From: Stegostoma tigrinum
Lineage: Eukaryota
Direction of reading: 5' to 3'
NCBI RefSeq assembly: GCF_030684315.1
Contig: NC_081395.1
Span: 6,183,858-6,247,857 of the forward strand
Length of the DNA stretch: 64,000 nucleotides
The translations under genes and the position numbers were made by a program. A model generated the notes under the pieces. The model did no database searches, was not told the DNA's origin, and saw only the letters and a program-made list of their open reading frames with translations. Positions 48,891 to 60,872 of the stretch are shown in pieces (position 1 is the stretch's first letter; each line of letters begins with the position of its first letter).

Positions 48891-51840
48891 GGCACTGAGG
48901 CTCAGTGGTTAGCACTGCTGCCTCACAGTGCCAGGGGCCTGGATTCAATCCCCACTCTCAGGCAACTGTCTGTGTGGAGTGTACACATTCTCCCCGTGTC
49001 TGCGTGGGTCTCCTCCCACAGTCCAAAGGTGTGCAGGTTAGGGTGGATTGGCCGTGCTAAATTGTCCCGTAGTGCCCAGGGATGTGCGGGTTAGGGTGGG
49101 TTGGCCGTGCTAAATTGTCCCATAGTGTCCAGGGATGTGCGGGTTAGGGTGGATTGGCCGTGCTAAATTGTCCCATAGTGCCCAGGGATGTGCGGGTTAG
49201 GGTGGATTGGCCGTGCTAAATTGTCCCATAGTGTCCAGGGATGTGCGGGTTAGGGTGGATTGGCCGTGCTAAATTGTCCCATAGTGCCCAGGGATGTGCG
49301 GGTTAGGGTGGATTGGCCGTGCTAAATTGCCCCATAGTGCCCAGGGATGTGCGGGTTAGGGTGGATTGGCCGTGCTAAATTGTCCCATAGTGCCCAGGGA
49401 TGTGCGGGTTAGGGTGGATTGGCCGTGCTAAATTGTCCCATAGTGACCAGGGATGTGCGGGTTAGGGTGGGTTGGCCGTGATAAATTGTCCCATAGTGCC
49501 CAGGGATGTGCAGGTTAGGGTGGATTGGCCGTGCTAAATTATCCCATAGTGTCCAGGGATGTGCAGGTTAGGGTGGATTGGCCGTGCTAAATTGTCCCAT
49601 AGTGCCCAGGGATGTGCAGGTTAGGGTGGATTGGCCGTGCTAAATTGTCCCATAGTGTCCAGGGATGTGCAGGTTAGGGTGGATTGTCCGTGCTAAATTG
49701 TCCCATAGTGCCCAGGGATGTGCGGGTTAGGGTGGATTGGCCGTGCTAAATTGTCCCATAGTGTCCAGGGATGTGCAGGTTAGGGTGGATTGTCCGTGCT
49801 AAATTGTCCCCTAGTGCCCAGGGATGTGTGGGTTAGGGTGGATTGGCCGTGCTAAATTGTCCCATAGTGACCAGGGATGTGCGGGTTAGGGTGGGTTGGC
49901 CGTGATAAATTGTCCCATAGTGCCCAGGGATGTGCAGGTTAGGGTGGATTGGCCGTGCTAAATTATCCCATAGTGTCCAGGGATGTGCAGGTTAGGGTGG
50001 ATTGGCCGTGCTAAATTGTCCCATAGTGCCCAGGGATGTGCAGGTTAGGGTGGATTGGCCGTGCTAAATTGTCCCATAGTGTCCAGGGATGTGCAGGTTA
50101 GGGTGGATTGTCCGTGCTAAATTGTCCCATAGTGCCCAGGGATGTGCGGGTTAGGGTGGATTGGCCGTGCTAAATTGTCCCATAGTGTCCAGGGATGTGC
50201 AGGTTAGGGTGGATTGTCCGTGCTAAATTGTCCCCTAGTGCCCAGGGATGTGCGGGTTAGGGTGGATTGGCCGTGCTAAATTGTCCCATAGTGCCCAGGG
50301 ATGTGCAGGTTAGGGTGGATTGGCCGTGCTAAATTGTCCCATAGTGCCCAGGGATGTGCGGGTTAGGGTGGGTTGGCCGTGCTAAATTGTCCCATAGTGT
50401 CCAGGGATGTGCAGGTTAGGGTGGATTGGCCGTTCTAAATTGTCCCATAGTGCCCAGGGATGTGCGGGTTAGGGTGGATTGGCCGTGCTAAATTGTCCCA
50501 TAGTGCCCAGGGATGTGCAGGTTAGGGTGGGTTGGCCGTGCTAAATTGTCCCATAGTGCCCAGGGATGTGCGGGTTAGGGTGGGTTGGCCGTGCTAAATT
50601 GTCGCATAGTGCCCAGGGATGTGCAGGTTAGGGTGGATTGGCCGTGCTAAATTGTCCCATAGTGCCCAGGGATGTGCGGGTTAGGGTGGATTGGCCGTGC
50701 TAAATTGTCCCATAGTGCCCAGGGATGTGCAGGTTAGGGTGGGTTGGCCGTGCTAAATTGTCCCATAGTGCCCAGGGATGTGCGGGTTAGGGTGGATTGG
50801 CCGTACTAAATTGTCCCATAGTGTCCAGGGATGTGCAGGTTAGGGTGGGTTGGCCGTGCTAAATTGTCCCATAGTGTCCAGGGATGTGCAGGTTAGGGTG
50901 GGTTGGCCATGCTAAATTGTCCCATAGTGTCCAGGGATGTGCAGGTTAGGGTGGGTTGGCTGTGCTAAATTGCCCCATAGTGCCCAGGGATGTGCAGGTT
51001 AGGGTGGATTGGCCGTGCTAAATTGTCCCATAGTGTCCAGGGATGTGCAGGTTTGGGTGGGTTGGCCATGCTAAATTGTCCCATAGTGTCCAGGGATGTG
51101 CAGGTTAGGGTGGGTTGGCCGTGCTAAATTGTCCCATAGTGCCCAGGGATGTGCGGGTTAGGGTGGATTGGCCGTGCTAAATTGTCCCATAGTGCCCAGG
51201 GATGTGCAGGTTAGGGTGGGTTGGCCATGCTAAATTGTCCCATAGTGTCCAGGGATGTGCAGGTTAGGGTGGGTTGGCCATGCTAAATTGTCCCATAGTG
51301 TCCAGGGATGTGCAGGTTAGGGTGGGTTGGCTGTGCTAAATTGCCCCATAGTGCCCAGGGATGTGCAGGTTAGGGTGGATTGGCCGTGCTAAATTGTCCC
51401 ATAGTGTCCAGGGATGTGCAGGTTAGGGTGGGTTGGCCGTGCTAAATTGTCCCATAGTGCCCAGGGATGTGCGGGTTAGGGTGGATTGGCCGTGCTAAAT
51501 TGTCCCATAGTGTCCAGGGATGTGCAGGTTAGGGTGGGTTGGCCATGCTAAATTGTCCCATAGTGTCCAGGGATGTGCAGGTTAGGGTGGGTTGGCCGTG
51601 CTAAATTGTCCCATAGTGCCCAGGGATGTGCGGGTTAGGGTGGATTGGCCGTGCTAAATTGTCCCATAGTGCCCAGGGATGTGCGGGTTAGGGTGGATTG
51701 GCCGTGCTAAATTGTCCCATAGTGCCCAGGGGTGTGTGGGTTAGGGTAGGTTAGCAGAGGGAAATGCAGGGTTACAGCGGCAGGATGGTCTTCGAAGAGT
51801 CCGCGCGGACTGTGCTCCCACACGGCAGGGATTCTATGAA
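48891..51840 (+). mobile_element. HE1/V-SINE hosting the second array
   Basis: Head at 48891-49028 (degenerate A and B boxes) and a tail ending GGGATTCTATGA at about 51840. Confidence 0.85.
49029..51747 (+). repeat. Second 53-bp array, about 51 copies, inverted relative to 25838-32273
   Basis: Unit GGTTAGGGTGGATTGGCCGTGCTAAATTGTCCCATAGTGCCCAGGGATGTGCR. Confidence 0.97.
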
Positions 51841-53044
51841 TTTCTAAGTCCCTCTGTATTGCAATGTTTGTCTATTTGAATAATCCCGTTCTCCCTTCCA
51901 AAATGAACAACTGCATATTCGGGAAGGCTATGGCCCAGTGGTATTATCGCCAGGCTGTCAATACAGAGACCCAGATAATTCTGGGGAGCCCGGTTCAAAT
52001 CCCACTCTGGTAGATAGTGGAGTCTGATGATGACCACAATTCCATGGCTGATTGTCAGGAAAAATCCATCTAATGCCCTTTAGGGAAGGAAACTGTCATC
52101 CTTACCTGGTCTGGGCCTACATGTGACTCCAGACCCACAGCAATGTGGATGACTCTTAACTGCCCTCTGTGCAATTAGGGAGGGCAATAAATGCTGCATT
52201 GCCAGCGATGCCCATGAATGAAGCAAAGGTTTTCCACATTACACTCCATTTGCCAACTTCTAGCCCACTACTCATCTTTCAGTATCTCTCTATAAACCCT
52301 TCTCACAAACTGCCTTTCCACCTACTTCTGTGTTATCTGCAGATCTGGTTACAGTCCATTTGCTTTGTTCTTCCGAGTCATTAATACGTAGTTAGTGGTA
52401 ATGCTCCCAAGCACTGGTCCGTGTGGAACCTCAACGGACACAGGCACTACGGGGATGAAACAGGTTTCGGCCAAATTCTCAATGAGATTGATCGTGGGCA
52501 TGTACTGATGCCCTCCAGTTCAGCCCCTGCTCCATGTGAACGATACACACCATTGCACGGTGAAGTGGTGCCAGTCGAGTAGGGGCTGCTTTGTGCTGGA
52601 TGGTATCAAGCTTCTCGAGTGCTGTCAGAGCTGCACGCTGCCGTGTGGATGGAGGAGTTTCGGGGGAAGACTCACTCTCGGGCTGGTCTTGCAGCCACAG
52701 TATTTAAAACGCAAGTTTGGTGATAATTTGCTATTCATTCTGTTATTAACCAGCAGACCTTAAACACGAATCCAATGGTTTTTGGTGGGCGAGGGGGTGA
52801 GTTTTTATTATAGTGGAAGTTGTGTCATTCTGAAATTATTGTTTCTGATTTGATTTTGTACTTTTGAGTTTCTGTCACTGCTGGACTTTATATTTTTGTA
52901 ATCCTTGTTCCAAAGAATTTGTACATAAGAATCTGTGCCTAGGTACCTACGTAGGGAAGATGGCGCTGTAAGTGGAGAACCATAAACATTTCACTGTACT
53001 CATGTGAGTACGTGTGGCAATAAAGCTGATTCAATCTTGAAAAT

Positions 53045-53482
53045 CAGAAGATTTACGAGGATGTTGCCAGGGTTGGAGGGCTTGATCTATAGGGAGAGGC
53101 TGTGGCTATTTTCCCTGGAGCGTCGGAGGCTGACAGGTAATCTTATAGAGGTTGATAAAATCATGAGGGGCCTGGATAGGGTGAATCGCGAAGGTCTTTT
53201 CCCCCCAGGGTGGGGGGAGTCCAAAACTAGAGGGGCACAGGTTTAAAAAGGACCAAAGAGTTTTTTCACACAGAGGGTGGTGCGTGTGTGGAAGGAGCTG
53301 CCAGAGGAAGTGGTGGAGGCTGGAACAATGACAACATTTAAAAGGCGTCTGGATGGGGCATGGATAGGAAGGGTTCAGGAGGATATGGGCCAAATGGGAC
53401 TAGATTAATCGAGGATATCTGGCTGGCACGGATGAGTTGGACCAAAGGATTTGTTTTCAGAGCTGTATAGCTCTATGACTCT
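53045..53482 (+). mobile_element. CR1 LINE 3' end
   Basis: RRFTRMLPGLEGLIYRERL..FSLERRRL. Confidence 0.85.
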
Positions 53483-53635
53483 GTCTACTGCCCCCCTCTT
53501 ACCGACTTACTTATCTCCTGAAAGAATTCTGTAAGGTCGGTACAAATGTCATCTTCTCTTTTGGAATCTGTTTTGACTGTTACATTTGGGTTCCTAAATT
53601 CCTCTCCTACAATCTTTGAGTAAGGATTCTATTAC

Positions 53636-53744
53636 CTTTCCTGCCGCTGATGCTGCCTGGTCACTGATGCCCTGCTTGTTTCAGACACATTTTCAAAACT
53701 ACAAGACACTTTGATGGCTTCTCCACTTTCTCGCATTTCGTTTT
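53636..53744 (-). CDS. Unknown gene, spacer exon B3
   Basis: cattag|AA...GAA AG|gtaat, 109 nt, phase 1-2; ENEMRESGEAIKVSCSFENVSETSRASVTRQHQRQE. Confidence 0.55.
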
Positions 53745-53850
53745 CTAATGAGTGTTTTACAAACAAATTTCCTTCAGTTATGTTCAAATGTAACCCATGT
53801 GGGCCAGGCACTGCTTGGGGCGGCAACATTTAGCGCATTAGGGATTGTAC

Positions 53851-53916
53851 CTTTTACAGACTGATCAGATTTCAAGGAGCTACGATCGAGCTTTCCAAAA
53901 CTATCCGTTTGCACGT
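53851..53916 (-). CDS. Unknown gene, repeat cassette exon A3
   Basis: ttttttcag|AC...AAA G|gtaca, 66 nt; xVQTDSFGKLDRSSLKSDQSVK. Confidence 0.68.
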
Positions 53917-53954
53917 CTGAAAAAAAAATTCAGATGGTTAGATCTTTCTTATTA

Positions 53955-54460
53955 TTGCAGAGGCTTATTAAATCATGAGAGCATAGATAAGACAAATAAC
54001 AAGGGACTCCTTCCTAAGGGTAGGAGTGTTTGAACCTAGGGATTTTTTTTTAGGGCGAGAGAAGAAAGATTTTAAAAGGACATGAACATAGAAACATTAC
54101 AGCACAGTACAGGTCCTTGAGCCCTCAATGCTGGGCCGACCTGTGAAACCAATCTGAAGTCCATCTAACCTACACTATTCCATTATCATCCACATGTTTA
54201 TCCAGTGACCATTTAAATGCTGGGTCAACATTTTCTTTTTAAAAGACACAGAATGTGCTTCGTTTGTGGAATGAAGTTCCAGAGGAAGTTGTGGATGAGG
54301 ATACAGTTATAATGTTTAAAAGACATTTGGATAGGTTCATGGAAAGGTTTGGAGCGGCACGGGCCAGGAGCAGGCAGGTGAGACTAGTTTAGTTCGGGAA
54401 ACATGGGCAACATGGACTGGTTGGGCCAAAGGGTCTGTTTCTGTAGCGAATGACTCTATG
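53955..54460 (+). mobile_element. CR1 3' fragment containing an inverted CR1 tail (about 54085-54220)
   Basis: Similar to other CR1 ends in the window. Confidence 0.65.
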
Positions 54461-54653
54461 CTCACATGATATGGGGCTTGATTGCTCCACGAGTGTCTGA
54501 TACTTAGCATTTTGTCACAAACTCTGCTCCATATGAGCCTCCCCTTCGCCTGCCCCACCCCCATCTTTCTGTCCCTTCCTCCTGTGTTTAAGATTAGATT
54601 ACATTAGATTAGATTCCCTACAGTGTGGAAACAGGCCCTTCGGCCCAACAAGT

Positions 54654-55250
54654 GTTTTGGCTTTCATTAACAGGGGGATTGAGTTTAAGAGTCGTGAGAT
54701 CTTGTTGCAGCTCTATAAAACTTTGGTTAGACCGCACTTGGAATACTGCGTCCAGTTCTGGGCGCCCTATTATAGGAAAGATGTGGATGCTTTGGAGAGG
54801 GTTCAGAGGAGGTTTACCAGGATGCTGCCTGGACTGGAGGGCTTATCTTATGAAGAGAGGTTGACTGAGCTCGGTCTCTTTTCATTGGAGAAAAGGAGGA
54901 GGAGAGGGGACCTAATTGAGGTATACAAGGTAATGAGAGACATAGATAGAGTTGATAGCCAGAGACTATTTCCCAGGGCAGAAATGGCTAGCACGAGGGG
55001 TCATAGTTTCAAGCCGGTTGGTGGAAAGTATAGAGGGGATGTCAGAGGCAGGTTCTTTACGCAGAGAGTTGTGAGAGCATGGAATGCGTTGCCAGCAGCA
55101 GTTGTGGAAGCAAGGTCATTGGGGTCATTTAAGAGACTGCTGGACATGTATATGGTCACAGAAATTTGAGGGTGCATACATGAGGATCAATGGTCGGCAC
55201 AACATTGTGGGCTGAAGGGCCTGTTCTGTGCTGTACTGTTCTATGTTCTA
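54654..55250 (+). mobile_element. Well-preserved 5'-truncated CR1 LINE nested in a minus-strand HE1 SINE (54590-55497)
   Basis: Open 170-aa ORF2 C-terminus (LYKTLVRPHLEYCVQFWAP...FFTQRVVRAWNALP), a TTCTATG tail, and AAGT on both flanks. Confidence 0.92.
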
Positions 55251-55546
55251 AGTCCACACTGCCCCTTGAAGCATCCCACCCTGTAACCCACACACCCCTG
55301 AACACTATGGGCAATTTAGCATGGCCAGTTCCACCTAGCCTGCACATCTTTGGGCTGTGGGAGAAAACCAGAGCACCTGGAGGTAATCCACGCAGACACG
55401 GGGAGAATGTGCAAACTCCACACAGTCGCCCGAGGCTGGATTCGAATGCGGGTCACTGGCGCTGTGAGGCTGCAGTGCTAACCACTGAGCCACCGTTACC
55501 CTTCATTGTATCGCATGAGCGTGTCCTACACTGTGCCTTCATCCAC

Positions 55547-55726
55547 TTGGGGAGAATACTGCACTGAAATCCCGAACGGATTCATCAGGGACTATCCTGC
55601 TTCGGTCCCACTTTGACACACGAGGGGAAAAGGAAGAAGTGTATCTATTTTCCTCTTGTTTTTGCACTTTCTCCAGTGACCCTGCATCCTTTTTGTTTCT
55701 GGGGACGTGGGAGATACCACAGCTCA
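55547..55726 (-). CDS. Unknown gene, spacer exon B2 (donor uncertain)
   Basis: ggttacag|TG AGC..; VSCGISHVPRNKKDAGSLEKVQKQEENRYTSSFSPRVSKWDRSRIVPDESVR. Only weak phase-1 donors are visible. Confidence 0.4.
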
Positions 55727-56067
55727 CTGTAACCCCGAGAGTGTTGCAGCCTGAAGTTTAACACCATTTTCTCAATCCTGCGTGCCTGCCACTGAGCCCA
55801 GGTGTTCTGGCAATTTCTTACCGTCCTGCGCTGATAGCTTTAGTGATTTTTTTTTAAAACCATTTTTTTGCGTCCATCCTCTGCCGCGTTAAATACCATT
55901 CCGATATCGGTTCAGCCGCAAACGTTTCAATTTTATAAACTTTGCAGGGGGCGGTGTTCCCATACATCTGCTGTCCCTGTCCCTCTGAGTGGCATAGATC
56001 ACAGGTTCGGAAACTGCTATTAACGGAGCCTGATGCATTTCATTCATCAATTAACTGGAACCCATAC

Positions 56068-56130
56068 CTCTTACAGACTGTTCTGATTTTATTGAGCCGG
56101 TCTCCATTCTTCCAAAGGGGTCCAATACTC
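56068..56130 (-). CDS. Unknown gene, repeat cassette exon A2
   Basis: gtttttcag|GA...AGA G|gtatg, 63 nt; xVLDPFGRMETGSIKSEQSVR. Confidence 0.68.
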
Positions 56131-56452
56131 CTGAAAAACACAGGCGAAGGTAACCATATCCTGCGCCTTGGTGATGATGTTGGCAGAGAGCTCAAATTAC
56201 ACCAGAAATAGCAGGAACTGCAGGTGCTGGAGAATCTGAGATAACAAGGGGCAGAGCTGGATGGACACAGCAGGCCGAGCAGCATCAGAGGAGCAGGACC
56301 GAAACATCAGCCCTCCTGCTCCTCTGATGCTGCTTGGCCTGCTGTGTTCATCAGCTCTACATCAAATTACACCCCTGCAGCCTAACATTTGGAATGTAAA
56401 ACACGTGCAGACTACCTTGCTCCTTGAGTCTGCTGCTCATCTCTTCCCTTTC

Positions 56453-56750
56453 ATAGAATCTCTACAGGGGGTGGGGAGGACGCAGGCCATTTGACCCATC
56501 AAATTCACACTGACCCTCTGAACAGCATCCTACCCAGACCCAACCCCCTACCCTAGCCCTGTAACCCTGCATTTCCCACGGCCAATCCACCCCGACCTAC
56601 ACATCTTTGGACTGCGGGAGGAAACTGGAGCACCCGGAGGAAACCCACGCAGACACGGGGAGAATGTGCAAACTCCACACAGTCACCCAAGGCTGGGATC
56701 GAACCCGGGTCCCTGAGGCTGCAGTGCTAACCGCTGAGCCACCGCGCCGC
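56453..56750 (-). mobile_element. HE1/V-SINE
   Basis: A and B boxes plus V-domain-like core on the minus strand. Confidence 0.85.
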
Positions 56751-57699
56751 CCCAACTTTCTCCCTCCACCTTCCACCCAGCTTCCCCTTCGAATGCATCC
56801 AGATTATTCACACACACCACCCCGTGTGGGGAGCGAGCTCCACTTCCTTCCCATTCTCTGAGTAAAGACATTTCTCTGGAATTCCCGATTGGATTCGGCA
56901 GTTACTGTCTTCTGTCGATGAGCCCCAAGGTCTGATCTCCCCTTACAATCTTCTCTCTGTCTGCCATTAAAAGCCCTCACTTTAAAGACCTTGATCAGAT
57001 TGTCCCCATGGCATCCTCCCTTGTACAGAATGGAACTGCAACCTGTTCAGTCTTTTCTGATGGGTGCAAACGCTCAGCTCTGGGATCCCTCTCTTTTTGC
57101 ACCCCCAAGAACATTAATAATATGGAGACCAAAACTTAAGCTGCTGAGCACAAGGCAGCTCAGCACCACCTTTCCAAGAGGCAATAAATGCTGTGCCCAG
57201 ACAGTGATGGACGCATCCCCTGAATTAATTTAGAGAGTAAAAACTCCCAAAGTGTAGCTTTAACCAAAGGTCTGATACAACTTAAAACAAAAAATCACTT
57301 CTCTGCTTTTCTACAAATGAATCTCAGTTTCGTTTCTATTTTGGGGTCTTGTCAATGCGTGACCCCTGACCTCTGTCCCTCTCCTCCATTTACACTCATT
57401 TTCCAAACAGTGTCCGACCTCCTTATCCATCCCAACAAATCATTTATTCATCTTGAGATTCAGCTGCAGTCCTCCAGCTATTTTCCATGTCTTCCCATTG
57501 CCCCCCACCGTCTATTTACTCGATCCCCCAATTTCATGTCATGTTGGACAGATCGGAATGCGACTGTCAAATCCCAAATCCAAACTGTTAGCATATTCCA
57601 TCTTGCTGTAGAAATCCAGGACTTATCTTCTCTGTCGGCTGTTCCTCTGGGGCTAATTTTGCTTTTGGTTTGCTTTACACAGTGTCTCTGCTAATTCTC

Positions 57700-58190
57700 A
57701 GAGCCATACAGCATGGAAACAGACCCTTCGGTCCAACCAGTCCGTGCCGACCATAATCCCAAACTAAACTAGTCCCAGCTGCCTGCTTCTGGCCCATATC
57801 GCTCCAAACCTCTCCTATTCATGAACTTATCCAAATGTCTCTTAAACGTTGTAACTGTACCCACATCCTCAGGAAGGTTATTCCACACACGAACCACCCT
57901 CTGTGTAAAAAATGATCGCCTCGCAAGTCTTTTTTGAATTACTCTCCTCTGACCTTAAAAACGTGAACCCTGGTCTTGAAATCCCCCATCCTAGGAAAAA
58001 GACAACTATTATTAACTCTATCTATACCCCTCATGATTTTATAAACTTGTGTAAGGTCGCCTGTCAACCTGCTATGCTCCAGTGAAAGAGAGTGCTAGCC
58101 TATCCAGCCTCTCCTCGGAACTCAGACGTTCCATACCTAGAAACACCCTGGTCAATCTATTCCGAACCCTCTCCAGTTTAATTATATCCT
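57700..58190 (-). mobile_element. CR1 LINE 3' fragment
   Basis: Similar to 18690-19190. Confidence 0.8.
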
Positions 58191-58421
58191 CCCCTTCTTC
58201 CCAAATTACCTCTGATAATGAATAGAGATTCGGCATCCAGACCAGGGCTTTTGAGGATCTAAATATGTTACATCTAGCATGTTAGCCTTAACCAGCCATC
58301 CTTAATAAGATTGATCAAATGCGACCTGCACTTTTGAGATCTGTTCTGTTTGTTTATTATATGTTAAGGTCCTTAATGCCTTTGTTAAGATCTTCGAGGA
58401 AGGATTCCATTATCGCCTGAC

Positions 58422-58526
58422 TATTTTGTGCCCTGGATTTTTCCTTTCTCCTATTCCCCTTTTGGAGTGTTTTGTTTTTAAAAAGCAAAGTCTCTGCCAG
58501 CTGTTCCCAAATTGCTTTTAACGCAT
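58422..58526 (-). CDS. Unknown gene, spacer exon B1 (donor uncertain)
   Basis: tatatttag|AT GCG..; DALKAIWEQLAETLLFKNKTLQKGNRRKEKSRAQN, with a possible donor A|gtcagg. Confidence 0.45.
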
Positions 58527-58607
58527 CTAAATATAAGCCACAAGGACCAGACGCTGTTTGTTTGTGGGGTGCAGGGAGGGCTACAAGCTGTGAATTGGAA
58601 ACTGTAC

Positions 58608-58673
58608 CTCTTACATGCTGTTCAGATCTCAAGGAGCCACGGTCCTGTCTTCCAGAAGCTTCCATCGACATGG
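58608..58673 (-). CDS. Unknown gene, repeat cassette exon A1
   Basis: ttttccag|CC...AGA G|gtaca, 66 nt; AMSMEASGRQDRGSLRSEQHVR. Confidence 0.68.
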
Positions 58674-58819
58674 CTGGAAAATATTTGCAATATTTAGGTA
58701 ACCGCATTCTGGGCCTGGTCAAATCACATTTGCTTATTCGAGTGCAGAACCTCTCCCTCTGTAACATGGACACTCTCAAGATATCACTATTCATTTCCCC
58801 AAGCTCTCTCGCTGGAGGG

Positions 58820-59162
58820 AGGGGAAAGGATTTTAAACGGACACAAGGGGAAAGACTTTTCATGCAGACGGTGGGGTGTACGCGGAATGAGCTGTCCGAG
58901 GAAGCGGTAGAGGTGGGTACAAATTTAGGCATTTAAAAGACGTTTGGGTAGGTACAGAAGTAGAGGGATAGGGGCCGAATGCTGGCAAATGGGACTCGTT
59001 ATACAGCCAAGTCATACAGCACTGAGTCAGGCCCTGTGGCCTAACTTGTCCATGCTGACCAAGTTTCCCAAACTGAACTGGTCCCATTAGCCAGCATTTA
59101 GCCGCTATCCCTGTAAACCCTTCCTATCCATGTCCCCATCCAGATGCCTTTTAAATGTTGTA
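58820..59162. mobile_element. Two CR1 3' tails in opposite orientation
   Basis: Plus-strand tail at about 58820-59000 and minus-strand tail at about 59010-59162. Confidence 0.7.
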
Positions 59163-59362
59163 NNNNNNNNNNNNNNNNNNNNNNNNNNNNNNNNNNNNNN
59201 NNNNNNNNNNNNNNNNNNNNNNNNNNNNNNNNNNNNNNNNNNNNNNNNNNNNNNNNNNNNNNNNNNNNNNNNNNNNNNNNNNNNNNNNNNNNNNNNNNNN
59301 NNNNNNNNNNNNNNNNNNNNNNNNNNNNNNNNNNNNNNNNNNNNNNNNNNNNNNNNNNNNNN
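59163..59362. other. Assembly gap (200 N)
   Basis: Run of 200 N. Confidence 0.99.
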
Positions 59363-60010
59363 CCCCTCCTCCCCCTCTCCTCCCCCCCTCCCCCCCTCTC
59401 CTCCCCCCCCTCCCCCCCCCCTCTCCTCCCCCCCTCCCCCCCCTCCCCCCCCCTCTCTCCCCCCCCCCCCCCTCCCCCCCCCCCCCCTCCCTCCTCCCCC
59501 CCCCTCCCCCCCCCCCCTCTCCTCCCCCCCCCTCCCCCCCCCTCTCCTCCCCCCCCCTCTCCTCCCCCCCCTCCCCCCCCTCCCCCCCTCCTCCCCCCCC
59601 TCCCCCCCCCTCCCCCCCTCTCCTCCCCCCCCCTCTCCCCCCTCCTCCCCCCCCTCTCCCCCTCCTCCCCCCCCTCTCCCCCCTCCTCCCCCCCCTCCTC
59701 CCCCCCCCTCCCCCCCTCCTCCCGCCCCCGTCTCCCTCCCCCCCTCTCCCTCCCCCCTCTCCCTCCCCCCTCTCCCCCCCCTCCCTCCCCCCCCTCCCTC
59801 CCCCCACTCCCCCCCCCCCCTCCCCTCCCCCCACTCCCCCCTCTCCCTCTCTCCCCCCTCCCCCCCTCTCCCTCCCTCCCCCCACTCCCCCCTCTCCCTC
59901 CCTCCTCCCCTCCCCCCCACTCCCCCCACTCCCCCCTCTCCCTCCCCCCACTCCCCCCCCTCTCCCTCCCCCCCTCTCCCTCCCCCCTCTCCCCTCTCCT
60001 CCCCCCTCTC
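59363..60010. repeat. Almost pure C/T low-complexity tract next to the gap
   Basis: About 650 bp of polypyrimidine; may be low-quality consensus. Confidence 0.9.
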
Positions 60011-60799
60011 ACACTGTGGCCAATCATGTCGAAGAACGAGTGTCTCACCGGGACCCCCCCCTCACAACACACCTCCCTTCCTCCCACGCTGCCCCTGCCC
60101 CCATTCCCTCCCCCAGAACCCCCTCCATTCCCTCCACTGCCCCATTCATTCCCCACCTCACACCACTCCTTCCCCTTCACCCCACCCCCCACCATCCATG
60201 CCTGCCCCACAACCACCCCCCTGCATTCTACTCCACCCCCCCCACCCCCTGCCATTCCCCCCCACCCTGCTCCATTTAACTCCCACCCACTTTGATTCAA
60301 TGCCCCCCCCCCGATCCAGTCAATTCCCCACTCCCTGTACGTATTCAAATCCATGCCCCCCCCCAACACGCTCTCCCGTTCTCCCCCCCACCCCCCGGGC
60401 CTGTCCATTCAGTCCTCCTTAGCCCACCTCCCTCCCTTTCCCTACCCATCCCCCTCTCCCACAACATCTCCCATCCAATCCGCTGTCTCTCCGTGAGATT
60501 CAAAGATGTAGGAATATTCTCCACAGCCAGTCAGGATACAGAATGCCTGACGCTCCCACCTCCCCCTCACCAGCAACACCCCACCCCCCCACCCCCACCC
60601 CACCGACTGGGAAGGTCTCTCTCCCTCCTTCTCTCTGACTCTGACGGGCACAACCTCATTTCTCACTTGGCAGAGCCTTGCGAAAGAAGAAAGGGCAGGT
60701 AGAGCCCGAGCTGGGCTGGGCCAGGCCGGGCTGATCTAGTGTCCCCTCCCCAGTCCCCCCGATCCCCTCCTCTCCACCCTCTCCTGCCCCCACACCCAC

Positions 60800-60872
60800 C
60801 CCCAAAGAGGGAGGGCAGCGCCGCTGGACCCCCCTCTCCCTGGTTGACTTGCTGCAGAGGACCGAGGGCTAT
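60800..60872 (-). CDS. Unknown gene, candidate upstream exon
   Basis: (ct)n..ggttacag|ATA...GGG G|gtgggt, 73 nt, phase 0-1; IALGPLQQVNQGEGGPAALPSLFG. Confidence 0.35.

Noticed and set aside
42874-58673. Orphan exons as BSCL2 (seipin) or another gene expected near TTC9C
   Set aside because: No seipin motifs (FLYGSFYYSYMP, LELPESPVN) or transmembrane segments were seen, and no recalled neighbouring gene matched.
59098-60422. Pro-rich and Gly-rich ORFs up to 436 aa
   Set aside because: Artefacts of the C/T tract and the N gap.
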